Source: Leucoraja ocellata (taxonomy: Eukaryota). From it: DNA of 64,000 nucleotides. Made by a program: the position numbers and the translations under genes. The DNA is taken from contig JAWMAR010000070.1 in NCBI GenBank assembly GCA_036785375.1, positions 4,588,001-4,652,000 on the forward strand, in the 5' to 3' direction. The notes below the pieces were generated by a model that worked only from the letters and a program-made list of their open reading frames with translations, did no database searches and was not told where the DNA came from. How positions within the stretch are numbered: the stretch's first letter is position 1; each line of letters starts with the position of its first letter. Shown here piece by piece: positions 10,789 to 23,100 of this stretch.

Positions 10789-12719
10789 CCATCGTAATTC
10801 CTTACAAAGGTCTGTCTAAGCACACCACAACTCATTGTCTCTGGGCTAAAATATTGTGGATTCAAATCTGTAAAGGGGCAATGGATCAGGCAAGAATATA
10901 GGTTCAAGTGGATAGTGGGTTAAGGCAGATAAGCCCAAGACGTAAAATGATCGTAAAACCTAGGTAAGTGGCCTCACTGAAACTTGGTCTAGTGTGGATT
11001 TTACCTGCCTCAGTGACCAGTTGCAAATAAAATGATCTTAATTGAGCCCATCCCTAGATAGTGTCTAGCTAAGGGGAAATGGGGAGTTGGAGCGGAGTAA
11101 TGTAGCGTGGAACTGCATAACTATTCATAGCTTTTATAGCCTATTAGTGCAAGAAGTGAGTCAAGTGTGTTTTATTGTCATACAGTATGTACTTGCAGCA
11201 GCACAACAGAGTAATATACATGAATTCCTTTATCTTTTCTACTCACTCAGAATGCAAGTTGGAGGTAGGAGAGGAAGGTAATGTAGATGTGGTTGTGTAA
11301 AATGCACTGAATGTTTTGTATCTGAGGACATCAGCCCCAGGACATGTGTAACCAAAGTTGGCCAATTTGTAATAAAAATAATTGGTTCTGAAAACAATCC
11401 CAGAGTCCACGTGAAATGTTCCCGTCACAACGTCCCTCCCCAGTAAATGAGCACATGACCTACGAGCACCACAGTGCCAACTGGTAGAGTACGTCACTGC
11501 CTGAACTGCACTTTTCTGGGTGAGATCCGAAACCAAGAAGATTCAACTGTCATGACCACAGAAACCATCCCACAAAAAAAAAGGCAATTTCTGTAGCAGA
11601 AGTAAGTTCGATTGGAAATGCTGGTCTTAGCAGCATTGCTACAGGACCTCGTCTCAACTCTAGAGGTTCAAAATATACAAAGTTGTTCCAGAACAGGAGA
11701 GTGCAGGTGAAGGGATGAGGTATTCCTTGGCTCAATTGTCCAGATGCATTCAGGAGGGGTAAGTTGGGCCGAAGGGCCTGTTTCTGCGTTGTGTGACTCT
11801 ATGACTCCAATACAATCTAGCCTGGGAACAATTGTTTGTTAGATATTACGGGATCTATGGAAGTAAAACTAATATTGGATATTGACACGATGAAGGATAA
11901 GCTATGATTGTAATGCGTCGTGTAGTTATGAAGGGCCGAATGGAGCCTGACATATTTGTTCCTTAATTTGTTCAGCCAAAAATACATTTGTTTTGAACAC
12001 ATTTCCAGTCAGTGTGCAAACACATCAAAGGCCAACGTGCTATGGAAATAAATATTAGGTGCTGAGTCAAATGTGTGAGCTGCATCTTGCTGTGGTCAAC
12101 GTGCTTCCTGTTAAAATGAGCAGTGAGCAAAACACAAAAAAACACTTCAGTGGGCCAAACAGCATCGTTGAAAGGAAATGGACAGTTGACATTTCTAGTA
12201 AGGACCCTACTTCAGACTGGCGTTATTTTACTCAGAATATGACGGCAGCAGAAACCCACAAACATACAATGTGCATAGGTTCATAAGTTCTACGTGCAGA
12301 ATTAGGCTTTTCAGCCCATCAAGTCTATTCCGCCATTCCTTCATGGCTGATCTATCTACCCCTCTCAACTCCATTCACCTTGCTTCACCCATAACCCCTG
12401 ACTCCCAAACTAATCAGGAATATGCCAATCTCTGCCTAAAAAAATATCAATTGAATTGCCTTCCATGGTCGTCTATTGAAATAAATTCCGCAAATTCACC
12501 ACCCTCTGACTAAGGAAATTTGGCCCATATCACTCTAAATCCTGTCCAACTTCCTTCAAGTTCCTATCAAATCTTTTCCCCCTCACCCTAAACCAATGTC
12601 CTCAGCTTCTCCAACTATGTCCTCTGGTTCTCAAGTATTCAATATGAACATGTAGAGTATAAGAATGTTAGCTCAGGGAGAGCACCTTGCCCTGGCAGGT
12701 CAGTGGGATTCATGTAGAA

Positions 12720-12970
12720 CACAGTGGCACAATGGTAGAATTGCTGCAGTACAGCGCCTGAGACAAAGGTGCGATGCTGACCTCGGGTGTCTATGTGGAG
12801 GTTGTACGTTCTCCTTGTGTCCGCATGGGTTTTCTCTGGGTGCTCCGGCTTCCACCCACACTCCAAAGACATACAGGTTTGTAGGTTGATTTGCACAGTG
12901 AAGTGTATACGGGGTGAACACTGGTAGGCGCGGAGTCGGTGGGCCGAAGAGCCTGTTTCCACGCTGTGTT
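12720..12970 (+). mobile_element. tRNA-derived SINE (HE1/V-SINE-like); other + copies at about 9880-10040, 32700-32862, 35545-35790, 53480-53800, 60755-61010, 61325-61582, 62213-62510
   Basis: Pol III A/B-box-like head (tggcacaatggtaga...gttcgat), shared core, CR1-like tail (gggccgaagagcctgtttcc). Confidence 0.7.
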
Positions 12971-14023
12971 TATTTAAATTTATCTTGCCGATTGCACACT
13001 ACAGAAGTAGATGGATAACAGAACGAAATCGTTGCAGCAGATGTACAAAGTCAGCAAATGACATGTACATGAACACGACCCTGATCATTTATTAGCTCTG
13101 GATTGCAAAGACAAGTTACCAATTCAATTCACCGTGCATATTCTATCTTGCTTTAACTTCACTAAGTGTATCACTTCGCCCTTTTTTGAGTTACATTACA
13201 CATGTCAGTTACATTCCACATCCCGCTTTCCCAGCTGATCTCCGTCCTGTGGTAATTCTAGACAAACTTCTTCACAGTCCACCACACCATTAATTGTAAT
13301 TTTCAAAACGTGAATATCATGACAATAGTGTTTCAAAGTTTAAATTGAAGAGTTGAAGCAGAGAGGAGAGCGTCAAACTCCAATTAATCTCAGCCGATTT
13401 CAGGTGAAAATCCCCTAGTTCCTCCCACCAGCTTCCTGCTTTGCCCCTTGTCAACAGCAATATGCCACAACAAAAGTTTCAATGATTATATTTTTGATCT
13501 GCCGGTCCACGTACAAAATCATCAAGAGGGAAGGATCCGGAAGTGTACACATCTTAGACGTTTCTACTCTTCTCAATGTCATATTTTATGCAACGTCTCA
13601 TTGTTTACATGAAGGGTCCCGACCCAAGACGTCACCTATCCACTTTCTCCAGAGGTGCTGCCTGGCCCGCAGAGTTGCTCCTGCATTTTTTTTTGCCTGT
13701 CATTATTCCCACCACCGTTCAGTGTTAACAGTATTTGAGTACAGAGATAACCGCCGCTCCATCCCTACGGATACATCACACTTGACGAGTGGCTAAAGCA
13801 GCTGAAATACAAACGTGTATAGGTCCATGGATAGGGAAGGTTTGGGGAGATATGGATCGAACGTGGGCAAATTTGACTAACTTAGATGAACATATTGGTC
13901 TAACGCGTTGGGGAGAAGGGCCTGTTTCCTGCTGTATGACTCTGTGAACATCTGGCCCAACCATTTGTTAAATATAACCCTGAGCCTTTCACACCACATC
14001 ATGTCGAGCTGCTACTGGCTCGC

Positions 14024-14064
14024 TGTGGTTCAGGATCTGACGTCCTGTTCCCTTCTTCCTCATT
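14024..14064 (+). promoter_or_regulatory. Putative proximal promoter motifs of gene B (RUNX TGTGGTT, CRE-like TGACGTC, PU.1/ETS TTCCTC)
   Basis: Within about 115 bp of the ATG; the same cluster is at 36838-36878 (gene C), and the cctgttc.cttcttcctcatt block is kept in divergent gene D (about 63256-63276). Confidence 0.4.
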
Positions 14065-14138
14065 ACTATTTGGGAGATGCGGTTGCATCTGAGAGCTCAG
14101 AGCTGAGCGACAGGCAGACAAGTGCTGGCCTTGTCACT

Positions 14139-14187
14139 ATGGATAAAACAATGTGGATTCCCATTCTTCTCATCTCCTCGCTGCCCG
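14139..14187 (+). CDS. Gene B leader exon (MDKTMWIPILLISSLP)
   Basis: ATG...CCC G|gtgagt; hydrophobic signal peptide completed by (VS)GA at the start of the next exon. Confidence 0.88.
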
Positions 14188-17100
14188 GTGAGTGAAAGCC
14201 AGATGTTGATATTCCAATGTTCAATGTTAGTTGGGGTCCCGTGCACCCTTTCCACAGCACAGATGGTTAAGTGTGTGTAGACATGTAATGGGGGAAATGG
14301 AACTCAGTGCATTGTGGTGTTGGATCTGAAATCACATTTGAATATCTAGACTATGTTCGTGTTTAACAACTCTCTAATTGCATTATGATGCTAGTTTAAA
14401 TTGAGAATATAAACTGTCCCAGATGAGCAGCGGGCCATTTGGCTCCCAATTCAGTTTAGTTTATTGTCACGTGGACCGAGGTCCAGTGAAAAGCATTTTT
14501 GTTGCTTGCTAACCAGCCAGCAGAAAGACAATACGTGATTACAATCGATGCTCATACAGTGCATAGGAAGGAAATAACGTTTAGTGTAAGATATAGTCAG
14601 CAAAGTATGATCAAGGGCAGTCCGAGGGTCATCAGAGAGGTTAGATGGGAGTTCAGCACCGCTCTCTGTTCCCGGTTGGATGATTCAGATGCCTGATAAC
14701 AGCTGGGAAGAAACTGTCCCTGAATCTGGCGGTGTGCGTTTTCACGCTAGTAACGCTCTCCAGTAAGGGACCCGCTAAATTGTAACCCGTCCGTCCTCTG
14801 TCCTCAGTCAGGGCGTTGTAAAGGCGGTGAATGTCTAAACACGGGTCCGGCCCAGTGTCGGTTGAGAGATGAATGTTGGCAGCGCAGCCGGCGGCACCGC
14901 CAATGAAATAGCAAAGTGGAGTCTTTCTGTGGGGTGAGAGGCCGGGCACCGCCTGGGATTGTTGAAAGGCAGCTCCTGCAACACTGCCGCGCTCCCTTAG
15001 TACCGCACTGCGATCCCAGCCCAGTTTCTGCTCAGGGATCTGGAGTGGGAAGTGAACCCAAATTGTACTGATCCGGGGACAGAACACTGACACAACTGGT
15101 TCAACAGCAGCACTGCCTGCACTTCAGACCGGAGGCATTGGCCGTGAAGCAATATGACACATCATGGAACGTCTTAAGTTTTCTTTCATGTAATCTTCAA
15201 AATTTATCTATTTCCATTAAGCAGTTCATTTGCTCTCCATCTGAAAGTTTCTCCCCTCAGTTTCAGGTGCAATGTGGGGAGAGAGGGAGGAGGTAAGAGG
15301 AGATGTGGGAAGAGCGATCACAATCGATTGTCACTATGCAGCAGAGTACCGCTCACACACAAAATACTGGTGCGATGGGTGGACTATCCAATGTACAGTT
15401 TTAGTGGATACAAATGGACAACCCGGACGGAGTGGAAGAGTGTCAATCACAGATAACCCGGCACGAGGAACATTTACTGTGACTGTGGAGGATCTTCAGT
15501 CTGGAGATACAGGATGGTACAGATGTGGAATTTATACAGATGGCACGGATCCATACTTTATCGTAAATCTCCAAGTATCTGACGGTACGTTTCGCAGCGA
15601 TTGACTTGAAGTCTCCACTGAAATGCCTGATCCATGTTTTCTCCGGGAAGTGTCACTTCAAGTGGGATGCTCAGCACATTTTCCTGCCTCTGAACTGTAA
15701 AAAAAAGTCACCCTGTCAGAGGTTTGCATTCCCACTCAAACTAATAAACCGACAGGTACAGATCAGTGACAAACAAGTGTTGCTCGTGGTCTGAACACCC
15801 GGAGAATCATAAACAGGGAATGTGTCCCCAGAACTCAACAGACTGCGTTCAGTGCTCGAGGGGCAGAGCAGCCCGTTCCCCGCCCCCACCTCAGGATCAG
15901 TCACTTCCTCCCAACCGTCCAGTTGATATCTCACCGGCTCATCTACAGAGATGTAGATGAGCCGGTGAGATATCAACTGGACGGTTCAGGCTGAGATAAA
16001 GGGCTGCTGAGATTTATCAAGTGTTTGGTTTTGAACTATTCGTACAGTTGACTGAATGTTTGCTCCATTCTCACAGAACCAGTGTCTGCTCCTGTGCTCA
16101 GATATCTGTCACCAGCAAATGCCTCACGTCTCGGAGGCTCAGTGTCAGTGTGGTGTGAGTCTGTCAGTGGATCCCTTCCCATCAATTACACATGGTGTGA
16201 GAAGAAAGAGCATCGGTGTTCAACGATCTTGTCTGACAATCAACTGGACCTGAGTTGTGAAATCCTCGCCGGCCAACACCGTCAATATTACTGCACAGCC
16301 TCAAATAATCATGGGACAAAACCCAGTGAAATACTCAACGTGAAAGTCTTCAAACGTGAAGGAACGTGCAGTTATGTGACAGAAATGAACAAAGCAGGTG
16401 AGTGTTAACTCATTCACCCTTGGGTGAACCATTCACCAGTTTAAGAAGCACTGGCCTAGGCCACAGTTTCGCTGAACACTTGTGCTTGGTCTGTCATGAC
16501 CCAGAATCGCGCTTGAAAGACACCCCATCCTCAACCTCCCCAGCTGATGTAGAGCAGCAGCAGTTTGCACCATCTGCACGATTCGCTGCAGCAACTGACC
16601 AAGACTCCCTAGACAGCGCCTTCCAATTGCAACGGGCTCCGTGTTCAATGCATCATTCTTCACCAATCATACCCACATTGGCTGGGAAGCGCTTTGGAAC
16701 GACCTGTGCAGATGGTGAGGGACAGTGTACAGTATATGTCTCTCATCGCAATCTAGGTGGAATTCAACACAGCTAAGAAAATGATTGGGCGGACTCCCTT
16801 GTATACTAGAATGTGTATGTTTGTGAAAGGCTAATTTTGCACTTCAATTTATCAAAGATGTTTCCTTTACTTTCAGGCGCACTGTGGGCTGAGAGCGAAG
16901 TAAGAGGGGTTGTGGGAAGAGCGATCACAATCGATTGTCACTATGCAGCAGTGTACCGCTCACACACAAAATACTGGTGCCCTGGGACAAGTCGCCAGTG
17001 TACACATGTAGGTGAAACAAATGGGAAGAGCGGAAGAACGTCAATCACAGATAACCCGGCACGAGGAATATTTACTGTGACTGTGGAAGATCTTCAGTCT

Positions 17101-20100
17101 GGAGATACAGGATGGTACAGATGTGGAATTTATACAAATGGCACGGATCCATTGTTTAACGTACATCTCCAAGTATCTGACGGTACGTTTCGCAGCGATT
17201 GACGAAGTTTCCACTAAAATGCCTGATCCATGTTTTCTCCGGGAAGTGTTACATCAAGTGGGATGCTCAGCACATTTTCCTGCCTCTGAACTGTAAAAAA
17301 GTCACCCTGTCAGAGGTTTGCATTCCCACTCAAACTAATAAACCGACAGGTACAGATCAGTGACAAACAAGTGTTGCTCGTGGTCTGAACACCCGGAGAA
17401 TCATAAACAGGGAATGTGTCCCCAGAACTCAACAGACTGCGTTCAGTGCTCCCGGGGCAGAGCAGTCCGTTCACCGCCCCCACCTCAGGGTTCAGTCACT
17501 TCCTCCCCACATCGCATTCTCTCTCCCTCTGCCCCGTCAATGCGCCCCCACCCCCAGCAGCCACTGTCCACCCAGTCCTTCTAAGGACTCCAACAGTCTT
17601 TTCGGGTGAAGCAGAGGTTCACTTGAATCTTCTCTAAACGTCTACTATATCCGCTGTTCCAGGTGTGAACAAGATGGGAGACCAAGCGCAGACTCGGCGA
17701 TCGTTTCGCTGAACAACTCCGATCAGTCTGCCTCGGCCTACGCTAATTCCCGTTTGCTAAACACTAACACCCCCTCCCATTCCAAAACTCATCTTTCTGT
17801 CCTGGACCTCCTCCACTGAGTGAGGCCAAACGCAAATTGTATGAACAGCGCCTCATATTTCGCTTGGGCAGCTTACAACCCAGCGGTTTAAATATTGACT
17901 TCTCAAACTTCAAGTAACCGTTGTTGTACACCTGTCTCAATCCCGCCCTAGTTCTCCATTTAGATTCACTGTCCTCTTCATTATATTTTACTGACTGTAT
18001 GCCTCGTTGTCACCTTCCCTTCGTCTGACAATGATCCATTCTGCATTTTCGTTTAACATAGTCAACTTTTAGCACTTGTTTTCCCTCCTTACTCTTCCAT
18101 TACTCTTCTGTCACCCTAGACTTGACTCTCAGGCTGAAGAAGGGTCTCGACCCGATTCTTCACCCATTCCATCTCTCGAGTGATGCTGCCTGCTCCGCTA
18201 TGATACTCCAGCCTAGTGTGTCTAGCTTAAAGGGATCGTTATTAGTTTTCGCCTTTAAATTCCAAGGCATTGAATAGGGATTTTGGTACGCTGCTCTTCA
18301 TCAGTAAAAACATTCAGAACATAATCTGAGATAATCTGCTTCAGACGTGCAGATGTTGAGTCCACATTTTGGGAATTGTGTTCAGCTTTAGTCCCTCAGC
18401 TCCAAGAAAAGTGCCGTTGAGGTGGACAGCGTGCAGAAAGGTTTTAGGGCGACGCTGCCTGGACAGGATGGGATTGACGCAGGGAGCGATTGGACAAACT
18501 CAGACTTCATTCCTTGGTGTGGAAATGATTGAGCGAGGAACTTATAGAAATGTATCAATCACGAGAAGCATGTTCATTTTCCCACGATGTGTGGGATGAG
18601 AAAGTGGAGGACAGAGGTAATGGGAACTATTTAAAGAGGGGAGAATAGTAAGGTGTCATTGACTGTAATGGCATGTTTTGTACAGATGAGTGGCCGAAGC
18701 TGAACACAATTCGCCCCAGTTTTACCTCAACAACATATGTACAACTGAAACATAACATCCCAACTTCTGTTCTGAGGGACAACATTGTCCACGCATTGGG
18801 TGATATTTATATGGAACCTGCTGCCAGAGGAGGTTGTTAAGGCAGTCAGAATAATAGCATTTAAAATACATTTTAGGACAGTTGCGTAGATTGGGATCAT
18901 TGCGAGTGATAAGGGAGAAACGTGGAATATAGCTATGGCCTAGAAAGACATGTTGGTCGGCATGAATGAGCTGTTGTGATGGGCATCTTTCGGTTCTCTA
19001 TAACTCTAACCTTCTCCAGTTTCTGGGCTTCGCACACTCAGAGAGATGTAGATGAGCCGGTGAGATATCAACCGGACGGTTCGGGCTGAGATAAAGGGCT
19101 GCTGAGATTTAGCATGTGTTTGGTTTTTAACTGTTCATACAGGTGACTGAATGTTTGCTCCATTCCCACAGAATCAGTGTCTACTCCTGTGCTCAGATAT
19201 CTGTCACCAGCAAATGCCTCACGTCTCGGAGGCTCAGTGTCAGTGTCGTGTGAGTCTGTCCGTGGATCCCTTCCCATCCATTACACATGGTGTGAGAACG
19301 TGTATGGGTGTTCAACGACCTTGTCTGGCATTCAACTGGTTCTGAGTTGTGACATCCTCGGAGGTCCACACCGTCAATATTACTGCAGAGCCTCTAATAA
19401 TCGTGGGATAAAATACAGTGAAAATCTCAATGTGAAAGTCTTCAAAGGAGCAGGAACGTGCAGTTATGTGACAGAAATGAACAATACAGGTGAGTGTTAT
19501 TTTCCCGTGGGAATACTGTTTCACAATTCCTCTCGTGTTCTTGTAGCTGCTGCTTTTCACCTTGTGGTGATGGTCGTGGGTTTCTAGGTATTTGCAGGCG
19601 GCATCATTGCAGCCACCGTGAGCTCATGGTGTAAAATGTGGGAGTTTGTTTGGAGGACTGACAAATAATTGCCTGTTGCTTTCACCTGGGAGGTGTTGAG
19701 CTTCAAAAGAAGATAGAGACCGGCACTTATCACAACGGGTTGAGAGCATTCCATCAAATGTCTGCCTTCTGCCTTAAAAATGATTTTCTGGCTGCAATTA
19801 AAGATCTCACAATCACTTTGAGACAGAGAAAGCACCAAATGTCACTGGAATTCCAGTAATCTCACAAAATTTAGGTGGATTCTACTTGGCCGTCACTCCA
19901 TCAGGTGTAACCCTTACATTTGTCAAAGAGAATTTTGGAATGACACTCCCGGTGGGTGTGGAGACGCTCACAGTCCAGAAGAGAGTGTGGGAGGTTTACA
20001 TCAGCGAGACTGAGTGCAGCCAAGGCCAGTGCATCTTAAATATTTCAGTGTCATTCACCCTTGAGTCTTTATCACAAAATTTCATCAGTTTAAGAAGCAC

Positions 20101-23100
20101 TGGCCTAGGCCACCGTTTCGCTGAACACTTGTGCTTGGTCTGTCATGACCCAGAATCGCACTTGATAGACACCCCATCCTCAACCTCCCCCGCTGATGCA
20201 GAGCAGCAGCAGTTTGCACCATCTGCACGATGCACTGCAGCAACTCACCAAGACTCCCTAGACAGCGCCTTCCAATTGCAACAGGCTCCGTGTTCAATGC
20301 ATCATTCTTCACCATTCACACCCACATTGGCTGGGAAGCGCTTTGGAACGACTTGTGCAGATGGTGAGGGCCGGTGTACAGTATCTGTCTCTCATCGCAA
20401 TCTAGGTGGAATTCAACACAGTTAAGAAAATGATTGGGCGGACTCCCCTGTACACATTGATGAATACTATAATGTGTATGTTTGTGAAAGGCTAATTTTG
20501 CTCTTCAATTTATGAAAGATTTTACCTTCAGTTTCAGGTGCACTGTGGGCGGAGAGCAAAGTAAGAGGGATTGTGGGAACAGCGATCACAATCGATTGTC
20601 ACTATGCAGCAGTGTACCGCTCACACACAAAATACTGGTGCAATGGGACAAGTCGCCAGTGTACACATGTAGTGGAAACAAATGGGAAACATGGACAGAG
20701 CGGAAGAGTGTCAATCACAGATAACACGGCACAAGGAATATTTACTGTGACTGTGGAGGATCTTCACTCTGGAGATACAGGATGGTACAGATGTGGAATT
20801 ACTGCATCTGGCGAACCAACATTTAAAGTACATCTCCAAGTATCTGAAGGTAGGTTTCTCAATGAGTGACTTTATGTCCCCACTTTGGCATCCGCACAAA
20901 CCATTTGTTAGGTGGGAGTCTGGTGCACAGTTCTGGGCCCCGCTTTATAAAACAAAAGATGTGGAAGCTTTGGAGAGGTTACAGAAAATGTCACCGGGAT
21001 ATTTAGTTGTAGTTTACAAATGCAACATGGAGACGAATCCTTTGGCCCACCGAGTCCACACCGACGTGAGATCACCGGTCACACTAGTTCTATGTTATTC
21101 CACTTTCCCATTCGCTCGCTACACACAATTCTACAATACCGGCATTCACGCACCTCAATAGTGCAACACTAGATGGGTGACCAAGCGTAGACCCGGGGAA
21201 ACATGACATGAGTCCCCATAACTCAACAGACTGCGTTCGGTCCTCCCGGAGCAGGCCAGCTCATTCCCAGCCCACACCTCAGGGATCACGTCCCCCCCCC
21301 CCCCAACACCACCCCCCCCCCCCCCCACCCCCACCCGCACCCCCCCCCCCCCACCCCCCACCCCCACCCCCCCCCCCCCCTCCCTACCTCGCTCTCTCTC
21401 ACCCTTCCTCTGACCCGTCAATGCGTCACATCTTTCCATCTCCACCGCTTTCTGCTTTCCGAAGAGATCGTTCCCTCAGCAACTCCCTGGTCAACTCGTG
21501 CTTTCCCACCCGAAACTCAATAACATATGTACAACTGAAACATAACATCCCAAACTCCGTTTTGATGGTCAACATTGTCCACACATTGGGTGATATTTAT
21601 ATGGAACCTGCTGCCAGAGGAAGTTGTTTAGGCAGTTAGAATAATAGCAGTTAAAATACATTTTGGACAGTTGCGTAGATTGGGATCATTGCGAGTGATA
21701 AGGGAGAAACGTGGACACATGGCTATGGCCCAGAAAGACATGTTGGTCGGCATGAATGAGCTGTTGTGATGGGCATCTTTCGGTTCTCTATATCTCTAAC
21801 CTTCTTCGGTTTCTGGGCTTCGCACACTTACAGAGATGTAGATGAGCCGGTGAGATATCAACCGGACGGTTCGGGCTGAGATAAAGGGCTGCTGAGATTT
21901 AGCATGTGTTTGGTTTTTAACTGTTCATACAGGTGACTGAATGTTTGCTCCATTCCCACAGAACCCGTGTCTGCTCCTGTGCTCAGATATCTGTCACCAG
22001 CAAATGTCTCGCGTCTCGGAGGCTCAGTGTCACTGTCGTGTGAGTCAGTCCGTGGATCCCTTCCCATCAATTACACATGGTGTGAGAAGAAAGAGCATGG
22101 GTGGTCAACGATCTTGTCTGGCAATCAACTGGATCTGAGTTGTGAAATCCTCGCCGGCCAACACCGTCAATATTACTGCACAGCCTCAAATAATCATGGG
22201 ACAAAACCCAGTGAAATACTCAACGTGAAAGTCTTCAAAGGAGCAGGAACGTGCAGTTATGTGACAGAAATGAACAATGCAGGTGAGTGTTAACTCATTC
22301 ACCCTTGGGTGAACCATTCGCCAGTTTAAGAAACACTGGCCTAGGCCACAGTTTCGCTGAACATTTGTGCTTGGTCTGTCATGACCCAGAATCGCGCTTG
22401 ATAGACACCCCACTGTCCCTCTACTTGAGGGACAGTGTACAGTATCTGTCTCTCATCGCAATCTAGGTGGAATTCAACACAGCTAAGAAAATGATTGGGC
22501 GGACTCCCTTGTATACTAGAATGTGTATGTTTGTGAAAGGCTAATTTTGCTCTTCAATTTATCAAAGATGTTTCCTTTAGTTTCAGGTGCACTGTGGGCG
22601 GAGAGTGATGTAAGAGGGGTTGTGGGAAGAGCGATCACAATCGGTTGTCACTATGCAGCAGTGTACCGCTCACACACAAAATACTGGTGCCGTGGGACAA
22701 GTCGCCAGTGTACAAATGTAGTGGAAACAAATTGGAAACATGGACAGAGCGGAAGAGCGTCAATCACAGATAACCCGGCACGAGGAATATTTACTGTGAC
22801 TGTGGAGGATCTTCACTCTGGAGATACAGGATGGTACAGATGTGGAATTACTACATCTGGCGAACCAACATTTAAACTACATCTCCAAGTATCTGAAGGT
22901 AGGTTTCTCAATGAGTGACTTTATGTCGCCACTTTGGCAACGCATAAAACATTTGTTAGGTGGGAGTCTGGTGCACAGTTCTGGTCCCCGCTTTATAAAA
23001 CAAAAGATGTGGAAGGTTTGGAGAGGTTACAGAAAATGTCACCGGGATATTTAGTTGTAGTTTACAAATGCAACATGGAAACGAATCCTTTGGCCCACCG

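Larger units (their letters stand above)
660..15650 (+). repeat. Segmental duplication unit, copy 1 (3' part of gene A, intergenic region, start of gene B)
   Basis: Colinear and highly similar to about 23690-38460, offset about 22.8 kb (7694/30514; 14139/36953). Confidence 0.9.

Noticed and set aside
14653-15093. 146-aa minus-strand ORF duplicated at 37467-37907
   Set aside because: Ends in a LINE 3' fragment (TARFRDSFFPAVIR) and lies in intron 1; the duplication explains its conservation.
21155-21639. Poly-Pro and poly-Gly ORFs
   Set aside because: Translations of a poly-C tract; no splice or coding support.
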